Assembly (NCBI GenBank): GCA_045543095.1
Contig: JAZQMC010000001.1
Span: forward strand, 623-64,622
Source of the DNA: Candidatus Fimenecus sp.
Lineage (GTDB): Bacteria > Bacillota > Clostridia > Oscillospirales > Acutalibacteraceae
Direction of reading: 5' to 3'
DNA length: 64,000 bases
Shown here in pieces: positions 29,003-38,511 of the stretch. The notes under the pieces were generated by a model. The model did not search any database. It had not been told where the DNA came from and saw only the letters and a list, made by a program, of their open reading frames with translations. The translations under genes were made by a program, and so were the position numbers. Numbering within the stretch: the first letter of the stretch is position 1; every line of letters starts with the position of its first letter.

Positions 29003-30742
29003 ATGAAAAAGGGATTTTTAAAAACATTATTAAGTGTAGTTCTTTCACTTTCATTGATGTTCGCAATGCTTGTTCCCTCTTTGGCGGTTGACGGTTGCGA
29101 TTGTGGAAATGCACCCGTTGTTCAGGTACGTGGTATAGGTGAAACACTTTACGATGAAAACGGCAACGAGATTTTTTCCGCTGAAAATATTGTAAAGGGT
29201 ATTTTACCTGAAATTCCGAAGCTTGCAGATTTCTTGATTTCACAAAATACTGATGCCTTTGTTTCTGCAGTTTCAAATGCAGTAAAATCAATTTTTGGCC
29301 CTGTTTTATATGACAACAATATGAATCGCGACAGAGTTGTTACCGTTAACGGCTCAAACAAGCCCATTGAACAGTATATGGATTTAGCAAATCCCGTGGG
29401 TAGTGAGCAAACACTTGCAGGTATGCTTTATGAAGAATTGGGCGAAAACCACTCATATCTTTTTATTTATGATTGGACCGCAAATCCATTTGACATTGCA
29501 GAAGACCTTAACGAATTCATTCAAAATGTAAAAGAACAGTCAGGTCACGACAAGGTGTCTCTCTGTGCTGAAAGTATGGGCGGTTCAATGACTAACACAT
29601 ACCTTGCTCTTTACGGCTACGACGATGTAGAAACTGTTGTGATGTCAAACTCTGCCTTCAACGGTCTTGAAATGCTTGGTCAGTTATTTACAGGTAATCC
29701 TGATATTGATGGTGATGCACTTGCTCGCCTTATTTCACAGAGTATCCGCGGTAATGCAGAATATGAGTCACTTCTTGCATATCTTCCGATTTTTGAGCAG
29801 TTAGCCCGTATGGCAAATGATATTTTTGCAATGGCTGGCGACAGAATGTATGAAGAAATTCTTATTCCTGTTTTTGGTTGTATTCCGTCTTTCTGGTCTT
29901 TAATTCCCGAATACAGTTACCTTGATGCAATGGATTATATGCTCGGTAACGCAGGTGATAATCTTAAAAACTTCGTATCATCATATTATGATGTTGTTTT
30001 AAGCGGAACAGATGCAAGAGTTACTGAAATGGTTGAAAGTGAAGATGTAAACTATTTCAACGTTTCAAATTACAACAGATATATCGCACCCGTAACTCCC
30101 TCTGCAAAGTGGAATAGTGACGGCGTAATAGAAACCTACAACACAAGTGGATTTGCAACTTGTGCAGATATGGGAACAACTCTCGGTGACGATTATGTTC
30201 AGGCAGTCGATAACGGCAAGAATATGATTTCGCCCGACAATGTAATCGACGCTTCAACTTGTCAGACACCAATGCAGACTTGGTTTGTTAAGAATTTAGG
30301 TCATATTTCATACAGAACAGATGACGGCACAGGCGAATTTTATATCTGGCTTTTAACTGCCGACGAGCAGTACACAGTTGAAAGTAATGAAAAATACCCG
30401 CAGTTTATGTATTATGACACTGAAACTCCAATGCTCACAACATTTGCAAAGGACGAAGTGCCCGAAAATAATGAAGGCAATGAGGGTAACGAGGGTACAG
30501 TAACACCACCCGAAAATAATGAGGGTGAAGAAAATAACGGTGGCGGCGAAAACAACGACAACGAAAATAATAACAATAACAATACAAACAACGAAGAAAA
30601 TAATAACACCGAAAATGTGGGCGATGCAGAAATCCCCGACACAAATATTTCAGTATTTGTAATTCCGTTTGTGTTTGTTGCAGTTATTGCATTGGCAATT
30701 TCAATGGTTGTAATTTTCAAACGAAAAAGAATTGAAGAATAA
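29003..30742 (+). CDS. secreted alpha/beta-hydrolase (lipase/esterase-like) with a low-complexity stalk and a C-terminal membrane/sorting-like anchor
   Basis: Signal peptide. Nucleophile elbow AESMG (AxSxG, as in Bacillus-type lipases). N/E/G-rich linker, then a hydrophobic segment plus a KRKR tail. ATG at 29003 after GGAGGA. Confidence 0.65.
   Translation: MKKGFLKTLLSVVLSLSLMFAMLVPSLAVDGCDCGNAPVVQVRGIGETLYDENGNEIFSAENIVKGILPEIPKLADFLISQNTDAFVSAVSNAVKSIFGPVLYDNNMNRDRVVTVNGSNKPIEQYMDLANPVGSEQTLAGMLYEELGENHSYLFIYDWTANPFDIAEDLNEFIQNVKEQSGHDKVSLCAESMGGSMTNTYLALYGYDDVETVVMSNSAFNGLEMLGQLFTGNPDIDGDALARLISQSIRGNAEYESLLAYLPIFEQLARMANDIFAMAGDRMYEEILIPVFGCIPSFWSLIPEYSYLDAMDYMLGNAGDNLKNFVSSYYDVVLSGTDARVTEMVESEDVNYFNVSNYNRYIAPVTPSAKWNSDGVIETYNTSGFATCADMGTTLGDDYVQAVDNGKNMISPDNVIDASTCQTPMQTWFVKNLGHISYRTDDGTGEFYIWLLTADEQYTVESNEKYPQFMYYDTETPMLTTFAKDEVPENNEGNEGNEGTVTPPENNEGEENNGGGENNDNENNNNNNTNNEENNNTENVGDAEIPDTNISVFVIPFVFVAVIALAISMVVIFKRKRIEE
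30461..30617 (+). repeat. coding low-complexity AAT/GAA/GGT repeat tract (NNEGNEGNEG...NNNNNTNNEENNN)
   Basis: Imperfect 9-nt units AATGA(A/G)GG(C/T) and AAT/AAC runs, seen directly in the sequence. Confidence 0.8.
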
Positions 30743-30757
30743 AACCTGAATAAAATA

Positions 30758-30790
30758 GTAGGGCGGGGTCTTGACCCCGCCGATTTTTAT
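30758..30790 (+). terminator. intrinsic terminator carrying the dispersed GTAGGGCGGGGTCTTGACCCCGCC element
   Basis: GC-rich hairpin followed by GATTTTTATT. An identical 24-mer occurs inverted at 49235-49258. Confidence 0.75.
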
Positions 30791-30868
30791 TATAATTTTT
30801 CCAAAACATCTTGAAAATAAGTCCAAATATAAATATAATTATAATAGGTAAATTTTGGAGGTTTTTCT

Positions 30869-32365
30869 ATGAATATTTATGAAGCAATCAAATCTCTTGT
30901 GGCTTACGCAATAAGAGAAAACTTAATCGAAAAAGAAGATGAAATTTGGGCAGTGAACAGAATTCTTGAAATTCTGGCTATGGATAGTATTCCCGCTGAT
31001 GTAAAAACAAACGAAAATGCAGAGCTTCAGGAAATGCTTAAAGTAATTCTTGATTATGCGGTTAAAAAAGGTCTTTGCGAAGATTCTGTTGTTTATAAAG
31101 ATTTGTTCGACACAAAGGTAATGGGCGTGCTCACACCCCGTCCGTCAGAGGTAATCAAAAAATTCCACGCAGAATATGAAAAATCACCTAAAGATGCAAC
31201 TGATTATTACTACAATCTTGCACTCAAGAGTGACTATATCCGTGAATACAGAATTAAGAATGATGTTAAATGGATTACTCACACAGAATACGGTGACATT
31301 GACATCACAATTAACCTTGCCAAGCCCGAAAAAGACCCCAAGGCTATCGCTGCGGCAACAAAAATGGAACAGAGTTCATATCCTACCTGTATGCTTTGCA
31401 AAGAAAATGAGGGTTATGCAGGCAGAGTTAATCACCCCGCTCGTCAGAGCCACCGCATAATTCCAATTTGCCTTGACGGTGTTGACGCTTTTATGCAGTA
31501 TTCACCCTATGTTTATTACAACGAGCATTGTATCGTGTTTGACGATGCACATACTCCAATGAAAATTTCTGAACAGAAATTCAGAAGACTTTTTGACTTC
31601 GTAAAAAAATTCCCCCACTATTTCCTCGGTTCAAACTCTGATTTGCCAATTGCGGGCGGTTCAATTCTCACTCATGAACACTTCCAAGGCGGTAACTACA
31701 CATTCGCAATGGCAAAGGCAGATTTTGATGAAGAAGTTACATTTAAGGGATACGAAGATGTTAAAGCGGGTATCGTAAAATGGCCTATGAGCGTTATTCG
31801 TCTTCAGGGTCAGGATACTGACAGAATTTGTACTCTTGCAGGCAAAATTCTCGCTACTTGGCGTGATTACACCGATGAAGAGGCATTCATTTATGCTCTC
31901 ACCGACGGTGAAATTCACAACACAATCACACCAATCGCACGCTACACAGACGGTCATTATGAACTTGACCTTGTTCTTCGAAATAACATTACTACTGAAG
32001 AATACCCCGACGGATATTATCACCCACATCCCGAGCATCACCATATCAAGAAAGAAAACATCGGTCTTATTGAGGTTATGGGTCTTGCGGTTCTTCCGGC
32101 TCGTCTTAAAACAGAAATGGCAATTCTTCGTGATGCAATTCTTGAAAACAAAGACATTAAAGCAGATGAACGAATTGCAAAGCACTATGACTGGACAGAG
32201 ATGATTAAGGCAAAATACGGCGATATAAATGCTGATAACTGCGACGAAATTCTTCGCGATGAAATCGGACTTGTATTTACTGCAATTCTCGGTCAATGCG
32301 GTGTGTTTGACAGAACAGAAGAAGGCAAAAATCAGTTCAAGAAATTTATCAACAGCGTAAAATAA
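30869..32365 (+). CDS. galT: UDP-glucose--hexose-1-phosphate uridylyltransferase (type 2 GalT)
   Basis: 498 aa, the Firmicute long GalT form by length and sequence style (C.LC..N.GY.GR.NHPARQ.HR). Confidence 0.85.
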   Translation: MNIYEAIKSLVAYAIRENLIEKEDEIWAVNRILEILAMDSIPADVKTNENAELQEMLKVILDYAVKKGLCEDSVVYKDLFDTKVMGVLTPRPSEVIKKFHAEYEKSPKDATDYYYNLALKSDYIREYRIKNDVKWITHTEYGDIDITINLAKPEKDPKAIAAATKMEQSSYPTCMLCKENEGYAGRVNHPARQSHRIIPICLDGVDAFMQYSPYVYYNEHCIVFDDAHTPMKISEQKFRRLFDFVKKFPHYFLGSNSDLPIAGGSILTHEHFQGGNYTFAMAKADFDEEVTFKGYEDVKAGIVKWPMSVIRLQGQDTDRICTLAGKILATWRDYTDEEAFIYALTDGEIHNTITPIARYTDGHYELDLVLRNNITTEEYPDGYYHPHPEHHHIKKENIGLIEVMGLAVLPARLKTEMAILRDAILENKDIKADERIAKHYDWTEMIKAKYGDINADNCDEILRDEIGLVFTAILGQCGVFDRTEEGKNQFKKFINSVK

Positions 32366-32384
32366 AAATTAATATAAAAACTCA

Positions 32385-32420
32385 AGTGCCCTGTCTGTTT
32401 TAAGACAAGGCACTTTTTTA
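32385..32420 (+). terminator. intrinsic terminator after galT
   Basis: 12-bp stem AGTGCCCTGTCT/AGACAAGGCACT (1 mismatch) plus TTTTTT. Confidence 0.65.
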
Positions 32421-33785
32421 ATCTTGTTTCTTCTTTTTTCTTTTTTCGTAAATAATGAAATATACTATGGTCTGTGCTACAAAGGTTATTCCCCAAGAGA
32501 TTGTGTACGACAGATAAAGATATTCGAGAGTGTGATATTCGGGAATCTGAAAAATTGTATAAATCCAACCAATTCTTATTCCACATACACCCAACACAGA
32601 AATTATCATAGGTGCTAAGGATATTCCCATTCCGCGAAGTCCACCGCCCGAAACATCCATCATACCCAACAAGCAATATGAAAGAGCAAGACATTTAAGC
32701 CTTAACAAACCGCATTCTATGGCTTCAGCAGAATCGGGCAGATAGATTTTAAGAAGATGCTCACCCGAAAGATAAACACCTGTTGATACTATAACACCTA
32801 TCACAAAAACGCAACCAAGACTTACAAGGAACACATTTTTTGCACGGCGGTAATTTCTTGCACCGATATTCTGTCCCGTAAAATTAAGTGTTGTTTGATG
32901 GAATGCATTAAGTGCCACAAACATAAAGCCTTCAATATTCAAAGCCGCCGCATTACCCGACATAACAATCTCGCCGAATGAATTGATTGAGGATTGTATT
33001 ATAACATTCGAGATTGAAAAGAGCGAGCTTTGAATACCCGCAGGTAAGCCGATTCTGATTATCTGCAACAATTCATCTTTATAAAACTTAAGTTTTGAAA
33101 GTTGAAGTCTGCAGGCATCTTCACGCTTTACAAGAGCAATTACCACAAGCACCGCCGAAACACCCTGCGAGATAGTTGTCGCAAGTGCTACACCCGCCAC
33201 ATTAAGATGAAAAGCCGTGACAAATATAACATTGAGTACCACATTGATTACACCCGCAATGGTTAAAAATATCAACGGAGATTTTGTGTCACCTGTGGCT
33301 CGCAGAATGGACGCACAAAAATTATATACAAGCATAAAAATTATGCCTGCGAAATAGATTTTCATATAAAGTGCTGAAAGCGGCAATACATTTTCAGGTG
33401 TGCTCATCCATTTAAGAAATGTTTCTGAAAAAGTTACACCGATTATTGTGAGCAAAACACCGCCCACAAGTGCCGTCGGGATAGCCGTATGCACCGCACG
33501 GTGAGCCTTTTTGCCGTCGCTGGCACCTAAAGCCTGTGCTACCGCAACACCCGTACCCACAGAAAGTCCCATAAAAAGATTTACAATAAGGTTTGTTATT
33601 GACCCTGTTGCACCCACCGCAGCAACGGATATACTTCCACAGAACTGACCTACAATAACTAAATCTGCCGCATTAAAAAGCAACTGCAGAAGTCCGGTAA
33701 AAATAATGGGAATCGTATATGAAATTATATTGCGGAACAAGGGTCCGTTTGTCATATCAATATTTCTTTTTCTTGCAAGTGCCAA
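32418..33785 (-). CDS. MATE family efflux transporter
   Basis: 455 aa with 12 TM segments and a typical MATE N-terminus (MTNGPLFRNIISYTIPIIFTGLLQLLFNAADL). Confidence 0.88.
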   Translation of the reverse strand: MALARKRNIDMTNGPLFRNIISYTIPIIFTGLLQLLFNAADLVIVGQFCGSISVAAVGATGSITNLIVNLFMGLSVGTGVAVAQALGASDGKKAHRAVHTAIPTALVGGVLLTIIGVTFSETFLKWMSTPENVLPLSALYMKIYFAGIIFMLVYNFCASILRATGDTKSPLIFLTIAGVINVVLNVIFVTAFHLNVAGVALATTISQGVSAVLVVIALVKREDACRLQLSKLKFYKDELLQIIRIGLPAGIQSSLFSISNVIIQSSINSFGEIVMSGNAAALNIEGFMFVALNAFHQTTLNFTGQNIGARNYRRAKNVFLVSLGCVFVIGVIVSTGVYLSGEHLLKIYLPDSAEAIECGLLRLKCLALSYCLLGMMDVSGGGLRGMGISLAPMIISVLGVCGIRIGWIYTIFQIPEYHTLEYLYLSYTISWGITFVAQTIVYFIIYEKRKKKKQD

Positions 33786-33860
33786 AATAAAAACTCCAAT
33801 AACAAAAGGTTGATTTTTGCTTACTTATTATACAACTGACATTCTGTATTTTCAATATTC

Positions 33861-33900
33861 AAAAACCAAAAAAGTACGGAAAACATTATCCGTACTTTTT
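33861..33900 (-). terminator. intrinsic terminator after the AAA ATPase gene
   Basis: Stem AAAAGTACGG/CCGTACTTTT followed by TTTTTTGGTTTTT on the minus strand. Confidence 0.65.
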
Positions 33901-33921
33901 AGAATGTTTATATTTTATGTG

Positions 33922-35151
33922 TTAAAGACTTTCGTTTTTAGAAATAAATTCAATAATATTTTTGTGTATTACACCGTCACGCTTTTGTAAGAGCGTATCA
34001 ATGGTAAACAAATATTTGGGATAGTTATCACGTATCATTGTAAACGGCTTATATTCGCGTTCCTCTGTATCTTCGCTCATAATTGTCATAGCGACCTGAA
34101 CATAACGATATTCATCGTTAATTCGTGTGATGAAATCACATTCCAACTTACCAATTCTTCCTACGCTGATTTTATAATTCTTTGCAGAAAGATATGTGTA
34201 AACAATGTTTTCAAGCACCGGACCGTAATTGATTCTTGCATCTACATTACGGGAGAAGTAGATACCGAGGTCGGCAAGATAATATTTTTGTTCGCCCCGA
34301 AGTGATTTTTTGGACTTAACATCAAAGCGTGGGCATCTATAAATGATTTTAGCATTTTCAAGTATTTTAAGATAATTATTAAGTGTTTCTATTCGGATAT
34401 TGGTATGTTCACAATTTTTAAAATATTCCGCAATACTTGAAAGACTGACCGTAGCACCGAAGTTATTGATTATATAAGTCATAACCTTATCAAATACCGC
34501 ACGATTGCGGATTTTTTTATGCTTTACTACATCCTTTTCAAGTATCTGCTTTATAACATCAGCGATATAGGTGTCCTTGTCAGCGACTTCATCAAATTCA
34601 AGCGTTTTCGGAAAACCGCCGAAACGGAGATATTCGTTAAATTCTACCGTTTTGTCAGTCTTAATTTCCTTACCAAGAAACGCTTTCATTTCCAAATACT
34701 CACGGAAGTTAAGGGTAAACATTTCAACTTCGATATATCGACCTGTGAGTTTGGTGGAAAGCTCACCGCTTAACAGATAAGAGTTTGAGCCTGTGATAAA
34801 GATAGAGAAGTTTCCGTCCTCTCTAAAACCGTTGACAACTTCTTCAAAGCCGACTACATTTTGAACTTCATCAATAAACAGATATTTGAAATCATCATCT
34901 GTGATTTGTTTCTCAATGGCTTCTTCTAAAGCATCGGGAGTTTTAATCTTTCTGTAACCGCGCTTATCAAGATTAAGATAAATTATATCTTTTTCATTTA
35001 CTCCCGATTTTTTTAAATCCTCCATAACGGAAAGCAGAAAGAATGATTTACCGCATCGACGGATACCCGTAACAACCTTGATTAGGTCGCTGTGGTAAAA
35101 TCCTCGAATTTTGTCAATGTAATACTGTCTTGTGTAAACTTTTCTATTCAT
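33922..35151 (-). CDS. AAA family ATPase with a DUF4143-type C-terminal domain
   Basis: Walker A GIRRCGKS and Walker B LFIDEVQ. I prefer the ATG at 35151, 8 nt after AAAGGAG. The track ORF extends to 35211. Confidence 0.75.
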   Translation of the reverse strand: MNRKVYTRQYYIDKIRGFYHSDLIKVVTGIRRCGKSFFLLSVMEDLKKSGVNEKDIIYLNLDKRGYRKIKTPDALEEAIEKQITDDDFKYLFIDEVQNVVGFEEVVNGFREDGNFSIFITGSNSYLLSGELSTKLTGRYIEVEMFTLNFREYLEMKAFLGKEIKTDKTVEFNEYLRFGGFPKTLEFDEVADKDTYIADVIKQILEKDVVKHKKIRNRAVFDKVMTYIINNFGATVSLSSIAEYFKNCEHTNIRIETLNNYLKILENAKIIYRCPRFDVKSKKSLRGEQKYYLADLGIYFSRNVDARINYGPVLENIVYTYLSAKNYKISVGRIGKLECDFITRINDEYRYVQVAMTIMSEDTEEREYKPFTMIRDNYPKYLFTIDTLLQKRDGVIHKNIIEFISKNESL

Positions 35152-35181
35152 CGTCAGCACTCCTTTCTTATAGACAGCGAC

Positions 35182-35211
35182 ATTATAGCATATTTTTTTA
35201 GTTAATGTCAA
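35182..35211 (-). promoter_or_regulatory. sigmaA promoter TTGACA-18-TGcTATAAT for the AAA ATPase gene
   Basis: On the minus strand, TTGACA (35206-35211) and an extended -10 TGCTATAAT (35182-35190). Confidence 0.55.
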
Positions 35212-35334
35212 GTTAAGGGGGTGTAATTTGATATTTTTTGTATTTTGACCTCGTTAAACGGCATTTATTCATTTAATATACAAATATATCAATATAAAAC
35301 TTACAAAACATCACTCCGAATTATCATATAAGCC

Positions 35335-35363
35335 TTGACACAACTATGCATTAAGAATAAAAT
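35335..35363 (+). promoter_or_regulatory. sigmaA-type promoter TTGACA-17-TAAAAT upstream of comEC
   Basis: TTGACA at 35335-35340, a 17-nt spacer, TAAAAT at 35358-35363. Confidence 0.5.
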
Positions 35364-35396
35364 ATGATTATAGCATTCTTAAAGGAGTTGTGAGTA

Positions 35397-37451
35397 ATGA
35401 AAAGACCTTTCGCGGTAATCGGCTTTTCAATGCTTTTCTCAACTCTTATTTTTTATAATATCGCTTTTAAACTCTCTGTTGCTCTGACCCTCGGGGCAAC
35501 AGTTATTTTTTGTGTTTTTTTATGTTTTAAAAAATTAAGAAAAAACAAATTTATTCTTTTTTCACTGGCTTCGGTTATTGCATTTTCCGTATCATTTATT
35601 ACCGCCCAATACGGATATGTAACCGCTGAAAGCAATATGGGTGAAACAGTTGAAATTCACGGAGTTGTGTGCCAGACCCCCACTCATTCAGATTATGCAC
35701 ACACTTATATTATCAAACTTCAAAATGAGAATTATAAGATAAGATATGTGAGCGAAGATAATCGCTTTTTTGACGAGGGAACAATCGTCTGCGGAACAGT
35801 CGAGAAGAATACAAGCCCTTATGCTGAACCTGATTTTCTTGACTCTGCACTCGCTTCGAAAGTTTATTTCACCTTTTTTGAAACTGAGGATTATAGTCTT
35901 GAAGCCACAGGCGAAATAAATACATTTTATTCTGCACTTGGTAAAATCAAAAACACCTTTACCGATATTACTTATGCTTATATTCCAAGCGAAAATGCAG
36001 GAATCGCCAACGCAATGACAATCGGTGACCGTTCGGGAATAAGCAACGAAACAACTGAACAATTCAGTTATGCAGGCTCTTCGCACCTTCTTGTTGTGTC
36101 GGGTCTGCATTTAAGTATTTGGGCGTTGGGAATAATCAGGCTTTCCCGAAAAAACACTCTACTCAAAAAATACTCGATTATCATTTCACTTACAGTTCTG
36201 CTTTTTTATGCATCTCTTACAGGATTTTCAGTTTCGGTTATCCGTGCGGGTGTAATGGTTGGTGCGGTAATAATCGCAAAGGCTTTTCATCGTGACGCAG
36301 ACAGCCTGAACTCAATTGGCTTGGGCATCACGGGAATAATGCTTACTAATCCTTTTTCGGCATATTCCGTATCCCTTTGGTTCACTGTTTTTTCCACTGT
36401 GGGAATTTTAGTAATTCAAAATCCCCTTGAAAAATGGATTTATTCAACCGCCGTCGGTAAAAAATTATCCTCTTTTTCATTTTGCAGATTTTTAATCACA
36501 TCTTCAAGTGTATCATTGAGTGCAACAATCTGCACCCTGCCGATTTTTATTGTTAAATTTGAATTTTTACCTTGGGCTTCAATTCTTTCTAACATTCTTA
36601 TGGTTGATGCGGCAATGATTGTTATGGTCACAACTGTTGCGGGTGCAGTTTTTCATTGTATTCATATCACACCCATTGCACAGTTATTATATTGGATTTC
36701 GGGAACACTGGGCGGATTTCTTCGGCTTTGTGCCGAAAAAATTGGTCTTGCCGAGTGGTCGGGTTTATCAATGGCAAATAATAATTATAAAACTTTTCTT
36801 TTTATCGCAATCGTATCTTTTATAATTGCATATTTTATGCGAAAAAGAATTCCGCACATTGTTAGGACCACCGCAACGGCTCTTACCTGTATTTTTGTTT
36901 TTCTTGCACTTTCAACCACAATTCACGATTACAACACCCCCACCGTAGAAATCAGCAATATTGACTCACAGATTATCATTCATATAAATTATAAAGGCGA
37001 AAGTATAATTATGGGTTGTGGCGACAAAACCACGAAATATCAAATAAAATATCTTCTGAATTCTCACGGTCAGAAATCCCCCGAGCTTCTGGTTGTTACA
37101 GATATAAACGATTCTGTCTTTGCACAAATCTGCGATTGCCGGAAGACCTTTTATTTTTCTAATGTGGCTTTTTGTGGCGAAAAACTCGAGATGTTCCCAA
37201 ATGCAGAAGAAAATATTACATCAATTTCAATGGGCAATGATTTTATAATCAACCTTTCTCAATACGAAAATCAGATTGAATTCTCTTATAATGGTAAAAA
37301 TATAGTATATATTTGCAACGAAACAGAAGAAAATCCCTTTAAAAACCATGACCGATATGATATAATAATTTCATATAGTGATTTAATAGGGCTTAACACC
37401 GATGATTATATAAAAATCGGTTCAGGCGAAACAGTAATCGCAGAATTCTGA
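35397..37451 (+). CDS. comEC: ComEC/Rec2 DNA internalisation channel protein
   Basis: 684 aa with the competence-domain motif GSSHLLVVSGLHLS and many TM segments. comEC-holA synteny. Confidence 0.88.
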   Translation: MKRPFAVIGFSMLFSTLIFYNIAFKLSVALTLGATVIFCVFLCFKKLRKNKFILFSLASVIAFSVSFITAQYGYVTAESNMGETVEIHGVVCQTPTHSDYAHTYIIKLQNENYKIRYVSEDNRFFDEGTIVCGTVEKNTSPYAEPDFLDSALASKVYFTFFETEDYSLEATGEINTFYSALGKIKNTFTDITYAYIPSENAGIANAMTIGDRSGISNETTEQFSYAGSSHLLVVSGLHLSIWALGIIRLSRKNTLLKKYSIIISLTVLLFYASLTGFSVSVIRAGVMVGAVIIAKAFHRDADSLNSIGLGITGIMLTNPFSAYSVSLWFTVFSTVGILVIQNPLEKWIYSTAVGKKLSSFSFCRFLITSSSVSLSATICTLPIFIVKFEFLPWASILSNILMVDAAMIVMVTTVAGAVFHCIHITPIAQLLYWISGTLGGFLRLCAEKIGLAEWSGLSMANNNYKTFLFIAIVSFIIAYFMRKRIPHIVRTTATALTCIFVFLALSTTIHDYNTPTVEISNIDSQIIIHINYKGESIIMGCGDKTTKYQIKYLLNSHGQKSPELLVVTDINDSVFAQICDCRKTFYFSNVAFCGEKLEMFPNAEENITSISMGNDFIINLSQYENQIEFSYNGKNIVYICNETEENPFKNHDRYDIIISYSDLIGLNTDDYIKIGSGETVIAEF

Positions 37452-37466
37452 ACGGGAGAAGAAAAT

Positions 37467-38507
37467 ATGGCTTTGCTCAAAGAGTATGACATCAAAAAAC
37501 AACTCAAAGAGAATAATATGTCAAACTGCTATTTGTTTTATGGCAGTGAAGATTATCTTAAGCAGTTTTATGTAAATAAAATATGTGATAAATTCATTAC
37601 TCCCGGTAGTGAAACCTTTGCTCTGCGAAAATATGACGGCAAAGAAAACTCTCTTGACGAAGTGCTTGAGGGTGCAGAATCAATGCCCTTTATGAGCGAA
37701 TATTGTGTGGTTGTTGCTCGCGATTTCAATCTTGACACTTTCGGTAATGACCAGAAAGAACACCTGCTCTCTTATTTGCAAAATCCCGTTGACACATCAA
37801 TAGTGATTTTCTGGATGGACAGTATTGAAGTTCAACCAAAAAATGCAAAATGGAAATGGGTTGTTGATAATTTTACAAAATTCGCCTCTGCTGTTGAGTT
37901 TGAAAAGCCCCAGGGCAGAGAGCTACGCAAAATTATATGTGCTTATGCTCGCAAAAACGGTTGTCTTATGGACGAAAATGTTGCGTCTTACCTGATTGAA
38001 CTTTCAGGTGACAGCCTTAATGTGCTCTTTAACGAGATACAGAAAGTCTGCAACTTTGCAGGTCAGGGCAACGAAATTACCCGCGAGCACATTGACAGTA
38101 CTGCCGTACGCTCACTTGAGGCAAAGGTTTTTGATTTATCCCGTCTTATACTCTCGCATAATACTCAAGGGGCACTTGAATTATTACACACTCTTATGAT
38201 GCAAAAAGCAGAACCCATTGATATTTTCGGTGTGATTTTAATGTCTTTTGTGGATATTTACCGTGTAAAACAGGCAGTTTCAGCAGGTGAAAGCATTACT
38301 TATCCCGCAAAATTCTTTGATTACCGAAACAAAGAATTCAGACTTAAAAACGCTGCAAGATTTGCCTCAAAATTTTCAAACGACCAACTCCGCGAATGTT
38401 TTGATTGCTTTTCTGAAGCAGACCGTATGCTTAAAAGCACTGCACAAAGCGGTGAGCTGATTTTAGAGAAACTTATTGTGCGTGTTTCTCTTATTATTGC
38501 AAGGTGA
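37467..38507 (+). CDS. holA: DNA polymerase III delta subunit
   Basis: 346 aa, in the position after comEC, with HolA-like sequence (YLFYGSEDYL). Confidence 0.85.
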   Translation: MALLKEYDIKKQLKENNMSNCYLFYGSEDYLKQFYVNKICDKFITPGSETFALRKYDGKENSLDEVLEGAESMPFMSEYCVVVARDFNLDTFGNDQKEHLLSYLQNPVDTSIVIFWMDSIEVQPKNAKWKWVVDNFTKFASAVEFEKPQGRELRKIICAYARKNGCLMDENVASYLIELSGDSLNVLFNEIQKVCNFAGQGNEITREHIDSTAVRSLEAKVFDLSRLILSHNTQGALELLHTLMMQKAEPIDIFGVILMSFVDIYRVKQAVSAGESITYPAKFFDYRNKEFRLKNAARFASKFSNDQLRECFDCFSEADRMLKSTAQSGELILEKLIVRVSLIIAR

Positions 38508-38511
38508 CAAA

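Noticed and set aside
31661-32296. 211-aa ORF antisense to galT, plus the sense-strand out-of-frame ORFs at 31176-31460 and 31836-32204
   Set aside because: These are shadow or out-of-frame ORFs inside a full-length GalT CDS, with low-complexity Cys/Phe-rich translations.
38476-38511. Upstream extension of the Toprim protein ORF that overlaps holA
   Set aside because: AAGGTGA followed by ATG at 38512 gives the conserved MIKINEAVIVEGKYD N-terminus. The extension is simply the holA 3' end read in another frame.
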